In this document: piece after piece, positions 11,601 through 24,736 of the stretch
Position numbering within the stretch: the first letter of the stretch is position 1
Layout of the letters: each line of letters begins with the position of its first letter
From: Iphione sp. A-MEVVRFRX5
Taxonomy: Eukaryota
NCBI GenBank assembly: GCA_976226885.1
Contig: OZ320314.1
Location: 52,142,001-52,206,000, forward strand
Direction of reading: 5' to 3'
DNA length: 64,000 bases
Program-made: the position numbers and the translations under genes
The notes under the pieces: generated by a model
What the model saw: only the letters and a program-made list of their open reading frames with translations
Told to the model about the DNA's origin: nothing
Database searches by the model: none

Positions 11601-14600
11601 GCCAAACGGGTGGGGAATATTTCGTTTAGCTTCCGTTTCGTTGGACCGATGATCTTCTGTTTCCCTTGACTGTAAAGTCGTTTATTTATCCCAGGCTTGG
11701 TATAATATATCGCCGACATAGCAGTATATACACTAAATATTTCAATCATTCTTTTTTAAACTGTAAACTCTCCTTAGCATTACGTCAATTTGTGTGCTGC
11801 TTTCAGCTGGCTATTTCTAGAGGTGTTACATATACTGCTCAAACAACATGTCGCTGAGGTATTACATGGTGGAAGCTCTTACCATAACAGTATACATGTT
11901 TATCAAAACCTTTCCAAATTTATATTACCTGCACACAATTCCTGAGATATAAAGTATACAGGCTTGCAAACAACTTCAATACGTCCGAATTATAATTCAA
12001 AATAAATCATGAAAACAATTAAAAGATATTCTCTGATTTTTGAAAGGGCAAATCTGAGTGGGACCTAACAATGCATCAATATTCTTTAAAAACAAGAAGC
12101 TCCCTTCAAACAGATTTTTCGCGATGTGTCATCACATTCGTCTTTAGCCTAAGTTCCAGCGCTAAGGTCGTGTAGGCTGCAACTAATGATTTCTCTCATG
12201 GGAATATAGACAGACAGAGGCACAAAGAAACGCGGAATAACTTACTTTTAACTTAGTTGATCCCAAGTTTTGAAAATACTTCGTCCTAGGCGTTAGTTCG
12301 TAAACGTCGTCCTTTCAATCACGACCAAATAATCACGTTTACCAGAGCAGATTCATCCATATTAACCCCCCTTTAGCCCGAATTAGAATTACCCTCACGA
12401 ATGACGAGACATTAATTGCATCCCACCAAAATCATTTCATATGGCAAAGTTAATCTCTATAATGATGTATTTTGCATACGGTTAACACGTAAAGTGACAC
12501 CTGAAGGTGCATTTATATGCGTAAATCCGGCATAAATAAACAATTATTCTATTAGTTTTGTACCTCTATGATAATATTCTAACTCTTCCCATGGAAAAGA
12601 AACGACAGCTAATAAAAGAGATCTGTGATTTATAATTCACAATTGATGCACTGATTCTTCCCGGTTAGTGTAGTTATGATATGGGCCTCATATATAAACT
12701 CACGCACATATACATAAATCATACGTATACAGGTAAGGCTATTCAACCATTTCAACAGCATGTCTAATGGTGTCATAAATTAACCTTAGCTAAGATATAA
12801 ATAGATTCCCTCTAGAGGGGCCTCCCATAATCCTCAAATACCGGTACATGTTTTTTTATATAACCCTTGATTTCTCTAGAAGACCACAGAGTATAAAGTT
12901 TTAGTCTTTATTTCCTCTGGAAATGACGTACAATAAGTAGCTAATTCCAGTATCCACTGTCTCACGATCTGACATAAATTTATTCACAGGACAAAACTGG
13001 ATAGACACATGAGATGGACTGAAAGAGGTGAAATGATATGATATGCTACCCTAACTACAACGAATCTTAATCTTTCTCATATTGAATGTATGATAATGTC
13101 CGTCAAAATCCATTCAGTAGCATTTGTGAGGTGAACAAATCTTGTTGGTAATTGGTTTATTGATACCTTACAAGAAACACGGTCACGGTCATCACCTTAG
13201 CAATATTTGCATATCTATTTGCCTGTCTTGTTTGTATTTACTAGGGCATATTATCATCATGTAACCTTCGGAGGCCAACTGAACCGTTAGAGTTGCTCCC
13301 TAATTCTAATTTAGACGGATCGAGCTACTCGTTTTGAGTCCCTTCTCCAACCGTTCGAGGCTTTCGTGAGTTGCTCCTGTCGACCTGGAACAAGCAGAAA
13401 AGAGGCAGTCTGACCTATCGACCTTCGCGCCCTCTAGACACCACGTCCAATCTAAATCTAATCCAACCCCTCCTTCCCGCCACACAAAACTGTTTGCATC
13501 AATTTGGCGCTGCCAGACCGATCGTCCCCCCGCTACCCCTGGCAGTGTATTTTTTTGCTTTCTATCCTATTTTTTCATTCTCCATTCTTGCTGCCAGGAG
13601 AAACAAATTGCCCCGACTCCTGACACGGGCGGCAAGCCATCGACTGTAATGATGTCAACAGATGCCATCAGGCAACGCTGTAGGCAGCTGTTCTGGAGGT
13701 TGTGAACCATGGCTTCGTACCAGCCATACCATCACTACCAAACGGGCGGCCAGAACATCACAATATGATAATTAATAAGGGCTGGAATGAACATTGTGAC
13801 TGAAGGCTACGATGGAACTTTCGAGAAAAAATGTTGCAAATAAAATAGGAACATGTTCATCGGCCGGTTGAAGTCGACTTCCGTATTGTGTTAAGGCTAG
13901 CGGTTATATCTCATTGCTCACTGAGCGCTCACAAATGGCTCGAACTTCATGACTATTGATTGGATCGACTGTAACAACCGCTCGAGCATATGTAGGAGTT
14001 GGCCTTTGAAGTGCTCTCCAATGAAGGGGAATGTCTCTACCCCTTCAGGCCATAGAACTGCAATCGCTTCTCACAGATGATGTAATTTCGACGGCTTTTT
14101 CCATATTTACTTTGAGTTTCAACTCATATATGAAACAATCCTCAAGTTAGTCTCACCTAATGCTTGCTTTTCCGGCCATTATCAAACTTTGTTTTCATTG
14201 CACGGTACATTCTGTCATGTTTAATACAGATGTCTCTTTCTTCATGTTCTTTAACATTTTGCAATTTCATGAAAGAGGGATGAAGTATCGAATGCATATG
14301 TGTAACATATTGTAATATTTGAAACTATTATATGTTATTTGTAATCTTGTATCAAATTCAGCTGCTGCATTATATATATATACTGGCAAAATTCCTTTAA
14401 TATACATCCCTTCCTCTCCCGGTAAGTGCCCTGAATTGCGTCAAAGCGCATTTGAGCGATTGAATTTATCATCCCACTCAGTAGAATGACAGAGAGGAAG
14501 AAGAGGAGCCGAGGAGGATGGATTCCTGTGTCAGTGAGGGCGGGGAGATGGGAAGGCTATTCAAAAGGCATCCTCTCCCTATTGAAGGCCAGCGGCTCTA

Positions 14601-17559
14601 CGTTAGCGGCGCTCTGTGAGATATGGCCACACATCCCTACTGCCGATTTGAGCAGGAAATAGTGCAACTAGTGGAGAAGGGGAGAAGGGAAATTAAGGAA
14701 AAGAATGTATGATAGACAAAGATGCAGGTGAGGGAGCGGGAGGGAGAGAAGCTAGAGAATAGAAGAGCGAAGGTGGGTAGATGGGAAGAAGTGATGGACA
14801 CAAAACAAATGGAGGTACGGGAGATATACGGAGGTTTGAGGCAGGGGGGTTCGGGAGGAGAAGCAAGAGGAGGTGGCTGAATGAGCGCGACACTGTTGAC
14901 GGGGAGAGAAGGTGGGTGGAGCCGGATCATCTGACATCCATCAATATGAGGCACGTGACTACACGAACGCAGACTGATACCTGCTCACGTGACTCACACA
15001 AAGGACGGGCAGGTACCCTTGCCCTGATATCGACCTTCCTCTTCACACTTGTCCGTCTGGTACCCGGTCTCTTCACACGCCCCGGCTCTCTGCCAACAGA
15101 AACCTTTTCCCTAAGAACTCCAGCGTGCCGCTACACCTTGCTTACCTGGTGTCCCTCATTTTGGGGGGTTATTTTTTTATTACTAGAACAACAACACAGT
15201 TTTGTGTGTCTTGCACTTTAGTGTTTGGTTTGAACGCCGATAGTAATAAACAGCCTCATAACTGGGCAGCAGTCTTCTGATTTATGCAACCACATGTCTG
15301 AACAAGAAATTATTTTTATTATCCGAATACCATCATGTAAATGCAACGATGAGCACTGCTCAGTGTTAGTAAATTTTTTGCAGATATCGTTTGCTTGTTA
15401 CCATCATTACCATCATGTGTCTTGTACATACTATTCATTGTTTGACTTGCACTATGTGCAATCACACAAATGCCTGAAGCTGCCCATAGAAGGTACCCTC
15501 ATACACTATTTTCTCCCTCTGGTGCTCTGGCTTCCACAAAATGTATGCTGTAACATTTGGCTCGAATAAAGTTAAGCTGAAGAGATTTTCTGGTGAATTC
15601 TATTCTTTGCACAAGACAATTACAGCTCCACAGAGAGAGGAGTATCTCACAAAACCAGATGATTTATTCAAGCCTTCCTGCTCTCTATACAGCATGGACT
15701 TTGTGACATGTGGCAAATAAAACCAGTCTTGAGTCAGCATTATTTTCCAAGATATTTCCTGGCATTCCACAATGCTTCATAGTCTGAGAGTTGGAATACT
15801 CGTCTATCTCGCTCTAGATGGAACACTGAATAACACAACGATCATGCCAGATGGAACAATTAGCCTTCCAGGTTGAAAGAAGGAATAAATCACCATGACT
15901 CAAAATCATCATATATCCATTATGAGAAAAAAAGTGTGTAGTACACGTGCTATACTAGTCAATTGTATGGGTACCCGGTTCTCCAAAAAAGTAGAGATGA
16001 GGCTGGTGATATTGAAATATATGATGTATTTTCATGTTCTATTGGGTGTATGTAGGGTTCAGTTAAAAGAATCTTCCTTACCCTTAGAGGGCAAAGCTTT
16101 GCTTCGTCCGGCATCGGACTGTCTGCTTGGTATTCGTAATTCCCTATCAGGTATGGAATGCACTGGCACGAAGGACTAAGGCGAAAATATTCACTTTTTT
16201 CGATATAATCGTAAACATTGATGGGTTGTAACCAGCCCGAATTGCACAGAACGCATTATTTCATATCTGAAAAACCCGATAAATCATTTCAACAGCAAAT
16301 CTTTTGCAGAACTATATAGCCATAATACTACATTGCACACACTTGCCATGTGTATGATGTGGAATTCTACATGCATTTATGTGAATGTAGAACATACAAT
16401 TACGTATGTTCCTTCAACCTGCTTGAATTCCGTACATACTGCAATACAGCAAATATGTTTGATGACAGGAGAAATATCTACAGAGAAAGGCCTCTCAGGG
16501 GACTTCCTTAGAAGGGTTGCTGCGAGTACGTGGTAAAATTGTTAGCCACAAGCATCCTTTTAGCAGTACCTAGGTTGTCCCGTCTCTATGGAAAGCTTCC
16601 ACATGCCTTTTGTCACATTAAATGCATTCTCTAATGAGCACCGTTTTATCCGACATTCTCAAGGTAAACAAAACACACATCAGTGTCTCTGAACAATCCC
16701 TGGGGTATACTTCTCGGTAATGGTACGTATGTGTTGGGACTATTATATGGTTCGTGCACCTTGCACAGTAAGTTTTTTTTGTCTAAGGTGCCTAAGTACT
16801 CTGCCTCTATGTAGCTATCTGATGGAAGATGAAGAAATCTGGCAGAGACCTTATTATTATTTTTTACACACAAATGTAAATGAGTCCTAAATGTAGAACA
16901 CGTCCAGAGTTATATTCCACCCAATGCCAATAGCTTGTATCCTAGGTGGTCATTTATCATATTTCACTGTTACATTTGTAACCATAATGATAACCAGGTG
17001 CAAGAGCATGCATGCTGGGGAAAATTGACACTGCAGTGCTGATTATGTTGTATCTCTGTCTAAGAGTGTTTGATGAGCATCTCTCACTTTGCATGTTATC
17101 CCTGCCTCTGTCAAAAAAATCCAAATTCACCCTTATCAGTCAACCTTGGTCATTAGCTAGTTCCAACACCATTTTTAACTTAAATGTATTTTTCATTGAT
17201 GAAATCATGATGATAATTACTTAAAAACATACACAGAGAGGCAGACAGTCAAAATACACCGATAAAAGAATACATGTTCCCCACAACTGCCAAACTTCAT
17301 TCATACCAATGCTTTACCTTACCTCTCCGCCCCAGCAAAACCTCATCTCATAGTTAGTGTCCACTTTCATGCATGCACTATTTGAAATACCTGCAGTTTG
17401 TTGTATTGCAATTACACTTGACTATACAGATTCATCTTTTCCACGTTGCGTTAAACAAAGGGTTTCTTAAGTATCTCCTGCTGCTCTGTGTCTTGCTATT
17501 TCCATTAATATCCGTCAGCACCCTAGAGTGCAACGCCACCATCATCACTGAACCGTTGC

Positions 17560-17850
17560 CACTTACGCGAATACCACAAGCTGCCCACCCACCAGCACCC
17601 CACAACCTCAATTAAACTAATAATCAGCCACCACAATTCACACCCTCAAAATATCCCAATCCTACTATCACTGCTAAATTAAGGCTACCACCACCACCAA
17701 CACCTTCACCATCATTACCCACTGCAGTGTCTATCTATCGCCATCACCGATAAAAGACACCCCAACGTCACCACTTGCCAGCACCACACCAGCCACCAAC
17801 CGCCATCCCAACCCAAACACCCGACACCAGCACCAACCCGTCCGTCACAT
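17560..17850. repeat. C/A-rich low-complexity tract (degenerate CAC/CCA)
   Basis: Dense CACC/CCACC/ACCAC words and very few G on the + strand. Confidence 0.6.
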
Positions 17851-18259
17851 TATCCAGTGTTTATCCCCAGTTTTGTTAAGCGTGTCTCACGTGCCCGTCG
17901 TTCTCTATTGTCCCAGCAAGCAGCACTCTAACGTGCAATCATCACATTTGTCCGCCCGCTAAAGGGCGAAGGGTGATTCGGCTTGTTGACTTGGTTGATT
18001 ATTTCAAGCTTCCGTCGTCGCACTTGAATAGCGGGGACTCCCACCGATGCATGCCCGGGCATAGCTTAGCTGGACCACCAGCCTCCAAGGGGTGAAATTC
18101 GGCTGGGTTAGAGTAGGGAAGAGAGGCTGCAGAGGAGTTGAGTGGGACCACTTGGGGTCCTGGAGCGAAGTGGCTGGTCTAAATGAAATGGGTTTGTGCG
18201 TAGTTTGAGGTAGGCAGCAGACCTAGACGACACAATTTAATGTGTGGTTCACAGTGTAA

Positions 18260-18715
18260 AAAGCTAAACTAGATGCTGTGATTATCTATGTGATACATGT
18301 CACAGAGCTATTTATTTGACATGAATGCACCTGTTCAGGTGTGATTCATGGAACAAAGTGAAGCTCAGATGAAGTGAGCTAATGTGTGATTCTTAGAACA
18401 CAGAGGAGCTAGATGAAGGAGGTAACTACATGTATATGTATATGTGTTGCTTAATGTATGAAGATGAGTCAGGTCAGATAGGTATATGGTGTTATTTACA
18501 ATAAAAAAAACCAGTTACATTAAGTGAGAACATATATGTGCTTTCAGTACAGAGCTAAAGTCGATGAAAAAAGTACATACATGTATATGATTTATGTCGC
18601 CGAGCTAAACTAGATAAAATGCATAGACAAATGTAGATATGATTCATCAACTAGAGCTAAGCTAGATGAGGTTAGCATGAATACTCTAGAATGAAACTAA
18701 TCTAAATGAGATGAA
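18260..18715. repeat. Degenerate ~50 bp minisatellite
   Basis: Recurrent GAGCTAAACTAGATGA-like head and ATGTATATGATTCAT-like tail. Clearest units start at 18551, 18601 and 18653 (periods 50 and 52); older copies near 18262, 18306, 18377 and 18407. Confidence 0.65.
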
Positions 18716-19910
18716 TACGAGAGTGAACCATATGGACGAACCAGGCTAAATTAATGTGCGGCTCCAGGAATGGAGCTACCATACAAAAAACCATGACGTG
18801 TCTCAAGTGAAAAACCTGCTCTAATTAAGACTAATACTGATTAGACCTTGGATTATGTGTTATCAAACTGACATAGCTCTGATTGGCAAAGTCATCAAGT
18901 GCAGTGAATATTTGATTGAATCTATTCTAGTCAAATACACATGGTCATGGATATCTGATGTAAGGATTGACTCCCTCAGGTCCCTTTCAGCTATTTCTTC
19001 GTACAAATCATCATTTGAAAACCTGTTTGTTGAAGCTTTGGTCAGAAACGATTCAAGGATCATATTCCAGATTTGAGCAAACAAAACATAGGTGTGCTCC
19101 GTATCTTACAGAGGTAATCTTGTTTCCCATACAATATGATGAACTGAACAAAGACGTATCACGAAATCAAACATGAGTATTGAACATTTTAGGAAATATC
19201 ATCCCCTATAACTAGACTAGCCACATGAACAGGCATTGAGAATAAAATAATAACAAATTGTCAAAAAGACATATACGTCTTGTCTGCTATATATATATAC
19301 AAACTGACAAAAGTTATGTTGGAAACGGAATTGTTTGTGTAAAACCTGTAAAGTGCGCTAAATGTTAGCTGGTGGACGAAGCTTACACCCACATGACTGA
19401 TTCATGGTGCCGGGCCATGAACCCTGCAATATTACTACGGTGTTCTGCTCACTTCTGCTCAGTGTTGCCCATGTTTGCCGTAGGCGAGACTCCCTCGAGT
19501 AAGGTATGCCCCAACCCTCGGATTAATGGCAATCTATACTTCGTTGTTTGTTTGTCATCCATCTGTTTAGCCCTTCCATCTGTACCTCACAGCTGTATCT
19601 GTACCAGAATAAATTGCAGGATATACCTCTCCTTAGTCAGGTAACGGTCTCTCCAGAATTAATATTTTAGATATTGACCAAATTTGTATCAGAGAACATT
19701 ATGATCTTAAGACACCGATTTTAGCCCGGTTTGAGAAGAAAAATCGTTGGGTCGAAATTAATAATCCACTTTGCAAGACCCGTTGAGGCCCAATCTGAGG
19801 AGGGACTTATAACATCGGTTATAGTTTATCAAAAGCATTCTCGGTACTTACTCGAAACATATCTTCTATCAGTGTGCTGTCGTCTTTTATCAAGCTGTTC
19901 TCTTTATCAG

Positions 19911-19912
<2 letters not shown>

Positions 19913-19946
<34 letters not shown>
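19913..19946. repeat. (CT)17 microsatellite
   Basis: Perfect CT run, followed by a short CA run. Confidence 0.98.
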
Positions 19947-19951
<5 letters not shown>

Positions 19952-22930
19952 ACACACCTCACACCGTCCACATGAGGCTCTGCTGAATGCGTGCAGGTCG
20001 TTTGTGCAGGCCTGTCAACCCGTGATTATAAGAGGAGGTGTCACGGCCGAGTACGCCTGCTCCCATCATTAGAAACTAGACGTGTGATTAACTGTCTGGG
20101 AGGAGAATCCCGTGGCGAGTCCGTTCTCCCCAGCAGCTCTTCGTTCGACCAAAGCCCAATTGATGCCTGACACTCCCGGTCCCGTCTTATTCAATCATCC
20201 CAGCTCTTCAGACGTCCATACCATCTACACAACAGGGACATCTTTGACAGCTGCGGTATTTCCTCAAACAGACAGTCACCACGTTTGTCTGGCTGCCAGT
20301 CGGCACCTGCGGCAAGCAATCGTGTCGTTCCCAGATATGCTGACCGAACTTCTTTACCACTAAACCCACCATTTTTTTATTTTCCTGGGGTCAGTCATTG
20401 TAGACATCTAGAAGTGCCAGGTAACGTGACAATGTGACTGGGTTATTAAAAAAGTTCCATCTGCTGATGAAACGGTAATATTTTTTGAAAGTGACTTTGT
20501 AAGATGTTATTGGTTGAGTGATACCAGAAGACAAAACTCTTTGCCAGTCTTTAAAGTAAAAGATGTTAGACTTCGGTAAGATGCTAATTTTCTTCATGAT
20601 GCCAGAGGTAATTTGATATATGAACTTGGCAATACTCGAGGCAATACGTTGCTTGGAGATATTCCATTGACCATTTTGAAAATATATGTATACACTAGCT
20701 TTTAATTTTGTACATAATGCTAGATATGCTATTAATGCACCGGCTACGTTGTCTTAGGATTGTATTTGTTGGCGATATGATTCTTTCTTGTCTACTTACA
20801 ATCTACATGAAAACGAACAAAAAGAACCTATCGGAACATTGACGAACTCAAAGGTAAAAAGGGACTATATATTATTGATGAATTCTTCTTGGAGGAGGGT
20901 CTATGCTCACTATTAGACCAAACAAAATCAAAACCGATTCAGTAACCATATTCTTTCTATTTTAATTTTGTCAGCATGAACTCATTACTCAGTCATGCAT
21001 ATTAAATATCCTTGCTCTTGGCCTCTCGCCGCCAGATTTCACGAGTGACCTCCATTGCTCCTTTCTCTTTTATAACTATGTGACGGCCACTCTTCACTCT
21101 CCTATTTTCTTTCTTTGTCCTTTATATTTCCATCTCCTTTCTCCTCATCTACAACAGTGCGGAATACAAAAATTCATGCCAGCTAGATTATGCTAACAGC
21201 GGCGATCTCATGTAAAATGGTTAATAAGACTGCTTGAACATTCTTTAAGCAGCAGTTGCATTAAAATGCAATGAGTTTAACAAAACAAGCGGAAGAAGAC
21301 ATAGAAGGTATCCAATGATTGATATGATTTGTGCACATGCCGTCATGTAATCGCCTTACCACTGTCAATCTTTTTACCCGATGTTCATGAAATATCGACT
21401 TCCGCCTTAGGGTAATCCCCCTACATTTGCTTTAATATGATACCTTCTTCGCTTATGTATCAGAAAATATACATAATAGCTCGTGCGACAGTGAAGCTTC
21501 TCAGTAATTATGGGAGTGCATCCGCTGTTGCAAGGAAGGCTTTATTTAAGGGGACCATTTCATTCCTCTCAAAAGAGACAGCTGAGGCATTTTCCGAGGG
21601 ATTATAGCATCACGAGCTAATTGTATACAAAGTATTCGTAAGTTTCAGCCAAGCTGGCATTGTACTATGAAATATTTTACCATAGCACTCAAGAAGGCTA
21701 CCGTTAAGGAAGTGCGTGGCCAGCAACATAAGTAAATGTACACTGAACTGTTAATATGCCGTACAAATATGACTATACTTAGCTATGAGACTTCTTTTTC
21801 TATTATCGAGAACATCGGACGGACCTCTAATGCTACATCGTCTTTACATGCTGTACCAGGGAAACCTTAGGTAGCTTAGGACAGCACTTGGTAAGTACCA
21901 CAACGCTGTCTCTCGGCAGGCCGCGGAAGCCTCAGCCTTTACGTGTACTTGGACTATTGTTCAGGTGCAGTCAGGTTGCCATTGTAGTAAAATTAATCAT
22001 GATGCAAGAGAAGCCTAGCGTTAATGTTTAAATGCGTATTTTAGCCACGCAAGTGCTCCATCACATTCCTCAAATTCCAATTACTACCGTCTACTACACG
22101 GGCTAGTAACTATTATTGAATGAGATTTATACGCCTATCTGACTGTTACCAAATCTCGAAAGTTAATAAAACAAAATGGAGCATAGTTGGACGCTTTTCA
22201 GTGAACACGCAAAACATGGGTAAGTCCCTCTTGTGTGGTCGGCTGAAAATGTAGAACCGTAAATATATCCACACGCAGAATGAAACACATCATTGGTCTC
22301 TTGTCAGAGGCGTCTGCAGTTGTGTCTGGTTTATTTATGCTAATTTCACTCTTTCCCAATGACATAGTAGAAGTTCACATGACCGATACCTAATTCGCTT
22401 TATTCCTCAAGCCAAGATAATTGAATGATTGCACTGGGGAACATGCGCCAGACGTCTTAACTTATGAACACGGCAGAAAAAGGGCGGAAAAAGGTCCAGC
22501 CACAAAGTCTGGTCCAGCACTAATATTACTGTAGAGGAAATTTTCGCGCAATCAAATGTCTCCACAAGTGGACATAATTGTAGGCCCGGTTAACGTGTTT
22601 TCGCATTAAAGACAAATTAAAGTACCTATCAGACAACTGTTTTTAGTGCCGGACTTCTGTGGTGGTTGATTTTCAATAACACCAAAAATAGGGAAAATAA
22701 CGAAGTTACGCGACCATCCATTTCCACGGTAAGGAAAAGCCAAGTAGCGCCACCCAGAGCTATGCAAAGCGAAGTGTAAACATCTAAGAAGGGATTGAAC
22801 GCTGGTTGCTGGCGTGCGGCCTCAGGCTCTATTATTTATTGCTGAAGTAAACGCTTTTCTTCCTGAGCTTCTCTCCGATTCAGACGCCTACGCCCCCGCC
22901 TAGCTCAGCGCCCTCTCACGACGTCGGCGA

Positions 22931-22944
22931 CCAACAGGTGGCAC
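22931..22944 (+). promoter_or_regulatory. CTCF-like motif
   Basis: CCAACAGGTGGCAC matches CCASYAGRKGGCRS at 13/14, inside a GC-rich patch. Motif match only. Confidence 0.35.
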
Positions 22945-24560
22945 CACCGGTGCCATAGGACCTACAGTAAAAGACGATGTGGTTCTGAGGGATGATTTCC
23001 TCGCGTTATGAGGTCTAATGCACTTTTAAGTGGATGAGAGCAGGTAGCTGTATGGTGGGGAATATATCTTTTGTTTAGTTTATTGAGAAGTGGTCTCTCG
23101 CGTTTGGTCATACTCTTTCTGTTGAAAGGAGACATGTCGGAGAGATTTTGTCGTCACCGTGGATTTTTTTCAGAGCCATAAAAGGCGCAAAAAAGATGTA
23201 ACTGAAAGGTTGTTTGGTATTGTTGTTTGTTATTTTGAAATAGCATTAGAACGCACGAAATAAAATCCTCATTCCTTACACCAACCATAATATATCCTCC
23301 TCTATCCCTGCCTTGCCACATGCATTGCTGTTTCCAAACTTTGCCCCTATCCCCGTCCCTAAACCCGAAGCCCTAGATCATCGAGATTCAACATTACCTT
23401 AAAATGCGGACTTCACATTGAAGAATGTAAATGCATGGCCCGTACCCATTTTAATACATGATACATTACGAACTGATCTTAGTTTCTCGACTCATGCTGC
23501 TGTTCCTTTGAATTAATAAATGACGCCTTCATAGTAATCATTCATCAGTAAAGTTCAAGTTTACTGGCCACTCATCTGCGTTTGCTCTAGGGTTATCCTA
23601 GAACTCCTGGGAAAACCTCCATGGGTAGAGTGCGGCTGCTATTAGCGCCCTTCCCATACCCTCTCAGTAAATGAAGCCCCAAGGGACCACCGCCCTTCCT
23701 ACTTTACCCCATCTTAAAGGTCTAAAATGCTAGCACGTAGTTCATATCAAAGTGTCTTTACATCCGTCCCTGGGATAAGGCTAGAGATCTCCCGGGGAAA
23801 CCATTGAAGGCTGGCCGCGGCTTCTAGAGATAGGGATTCTAGTAGTTATTTCGAGTATATCACTTTGGGAACTGAAAGACATGGCTGAGCACGTGGAGTT
23901 GCTCCTTCAAGCAACCAGTAATGTAACAAACGAAATGCATCCCACCCTGAATGGCATAAATATCTGTGCATGGAAAGAAAATCGATCTGAATCATTTGCC
24001 CTAGGCCGGTTAGATTACACAGAGATTACTGCCAATAGACATCCAAACAGATAAAACACATTGATTTAATATATTTCCACGTATTTAATAGTAAGCACGT
24101 GTTTTATGAACAGCAGATCATTCAATCGATTCGGTTTGGGGCTTGGGCAAGTTCTTCATTGTAACCCTCATTTTAGCAGTGTTACCTTTCAAACGATGAG
24201 AGCTTATAGAGCATACCGCTTTTTGCAAAACAGAAAATACTGAAATTAATGTACGTGTACGTTCTACTTCAGCACAAATTGTCACTTCCTATTTATTCGA
24301 GAGTGATCCTAATTGATTTAAAATCAGATGTTATTACCTCTGAATATTTTTACATGCTTAAACTAGCCGTATTGTTTAGATTCCGGGGCCAATTCAAATA
24401 CAACCCCTGTACATGGGCTATACCTAACAAAAGAGACATTAAAATAGTCAAAGATGCACAGAGAGATAGATAATCACAGTCTCCACATTATAATGTTGTC
24501 TTATCAAAAAGGAACACGCCAATCACTTATGCCATCTGCAAACAGACTTTTTTTAGTGTA

Positions 24561-24736
24561 CAGTGGAGCCACTCTTTTAAGGACACCCACTATTTAGGAT
24601 ACCCTACATTATGTACAGGCTGAAAAGAGAAATAAATCTACAAAATCATGTTTAAATAGTCCTGCTCTTAAGGATACCCCTCTTTATGCAGTTTTTGGTC
24701 AGTCCGTTTGCTGTCCATAGCAGAGAGGTTCCACAA
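24561..24736. mobile_element. Tc1/mariner (pogo/Tigger-like) MITE, 176 bp
   Basis: Left TA|CAGTGGAGCCACTC; right GAGAGGTTCCACAA|TA (reverse complement TTGTGGAACCTCTC). TA on both flanks and internal repeats TAAGGACACC / TAGGATACC / TAAGGATACC. Confidence 0.75.

Noticed and set aside
14290-14382. AT-rich stretch ending TTCAGCTGCTGCA(TA)6, reminiscent of a CR1/L2 3' tail
   Set aside because: No upstream coding remnant found to support it.
14781-15221. Longest ORF (146 aa)
   Set aside because: Spans a compositional switch, has no domain-like content and is explained by low stop density in purine-rich DNA.
15640-15790. Minus-strand MKHCGMPGNIL..TCHKVH resembling RTE RT
   Set aside because: Lacks the preceding AFDS and following RQG motifs; two stops.
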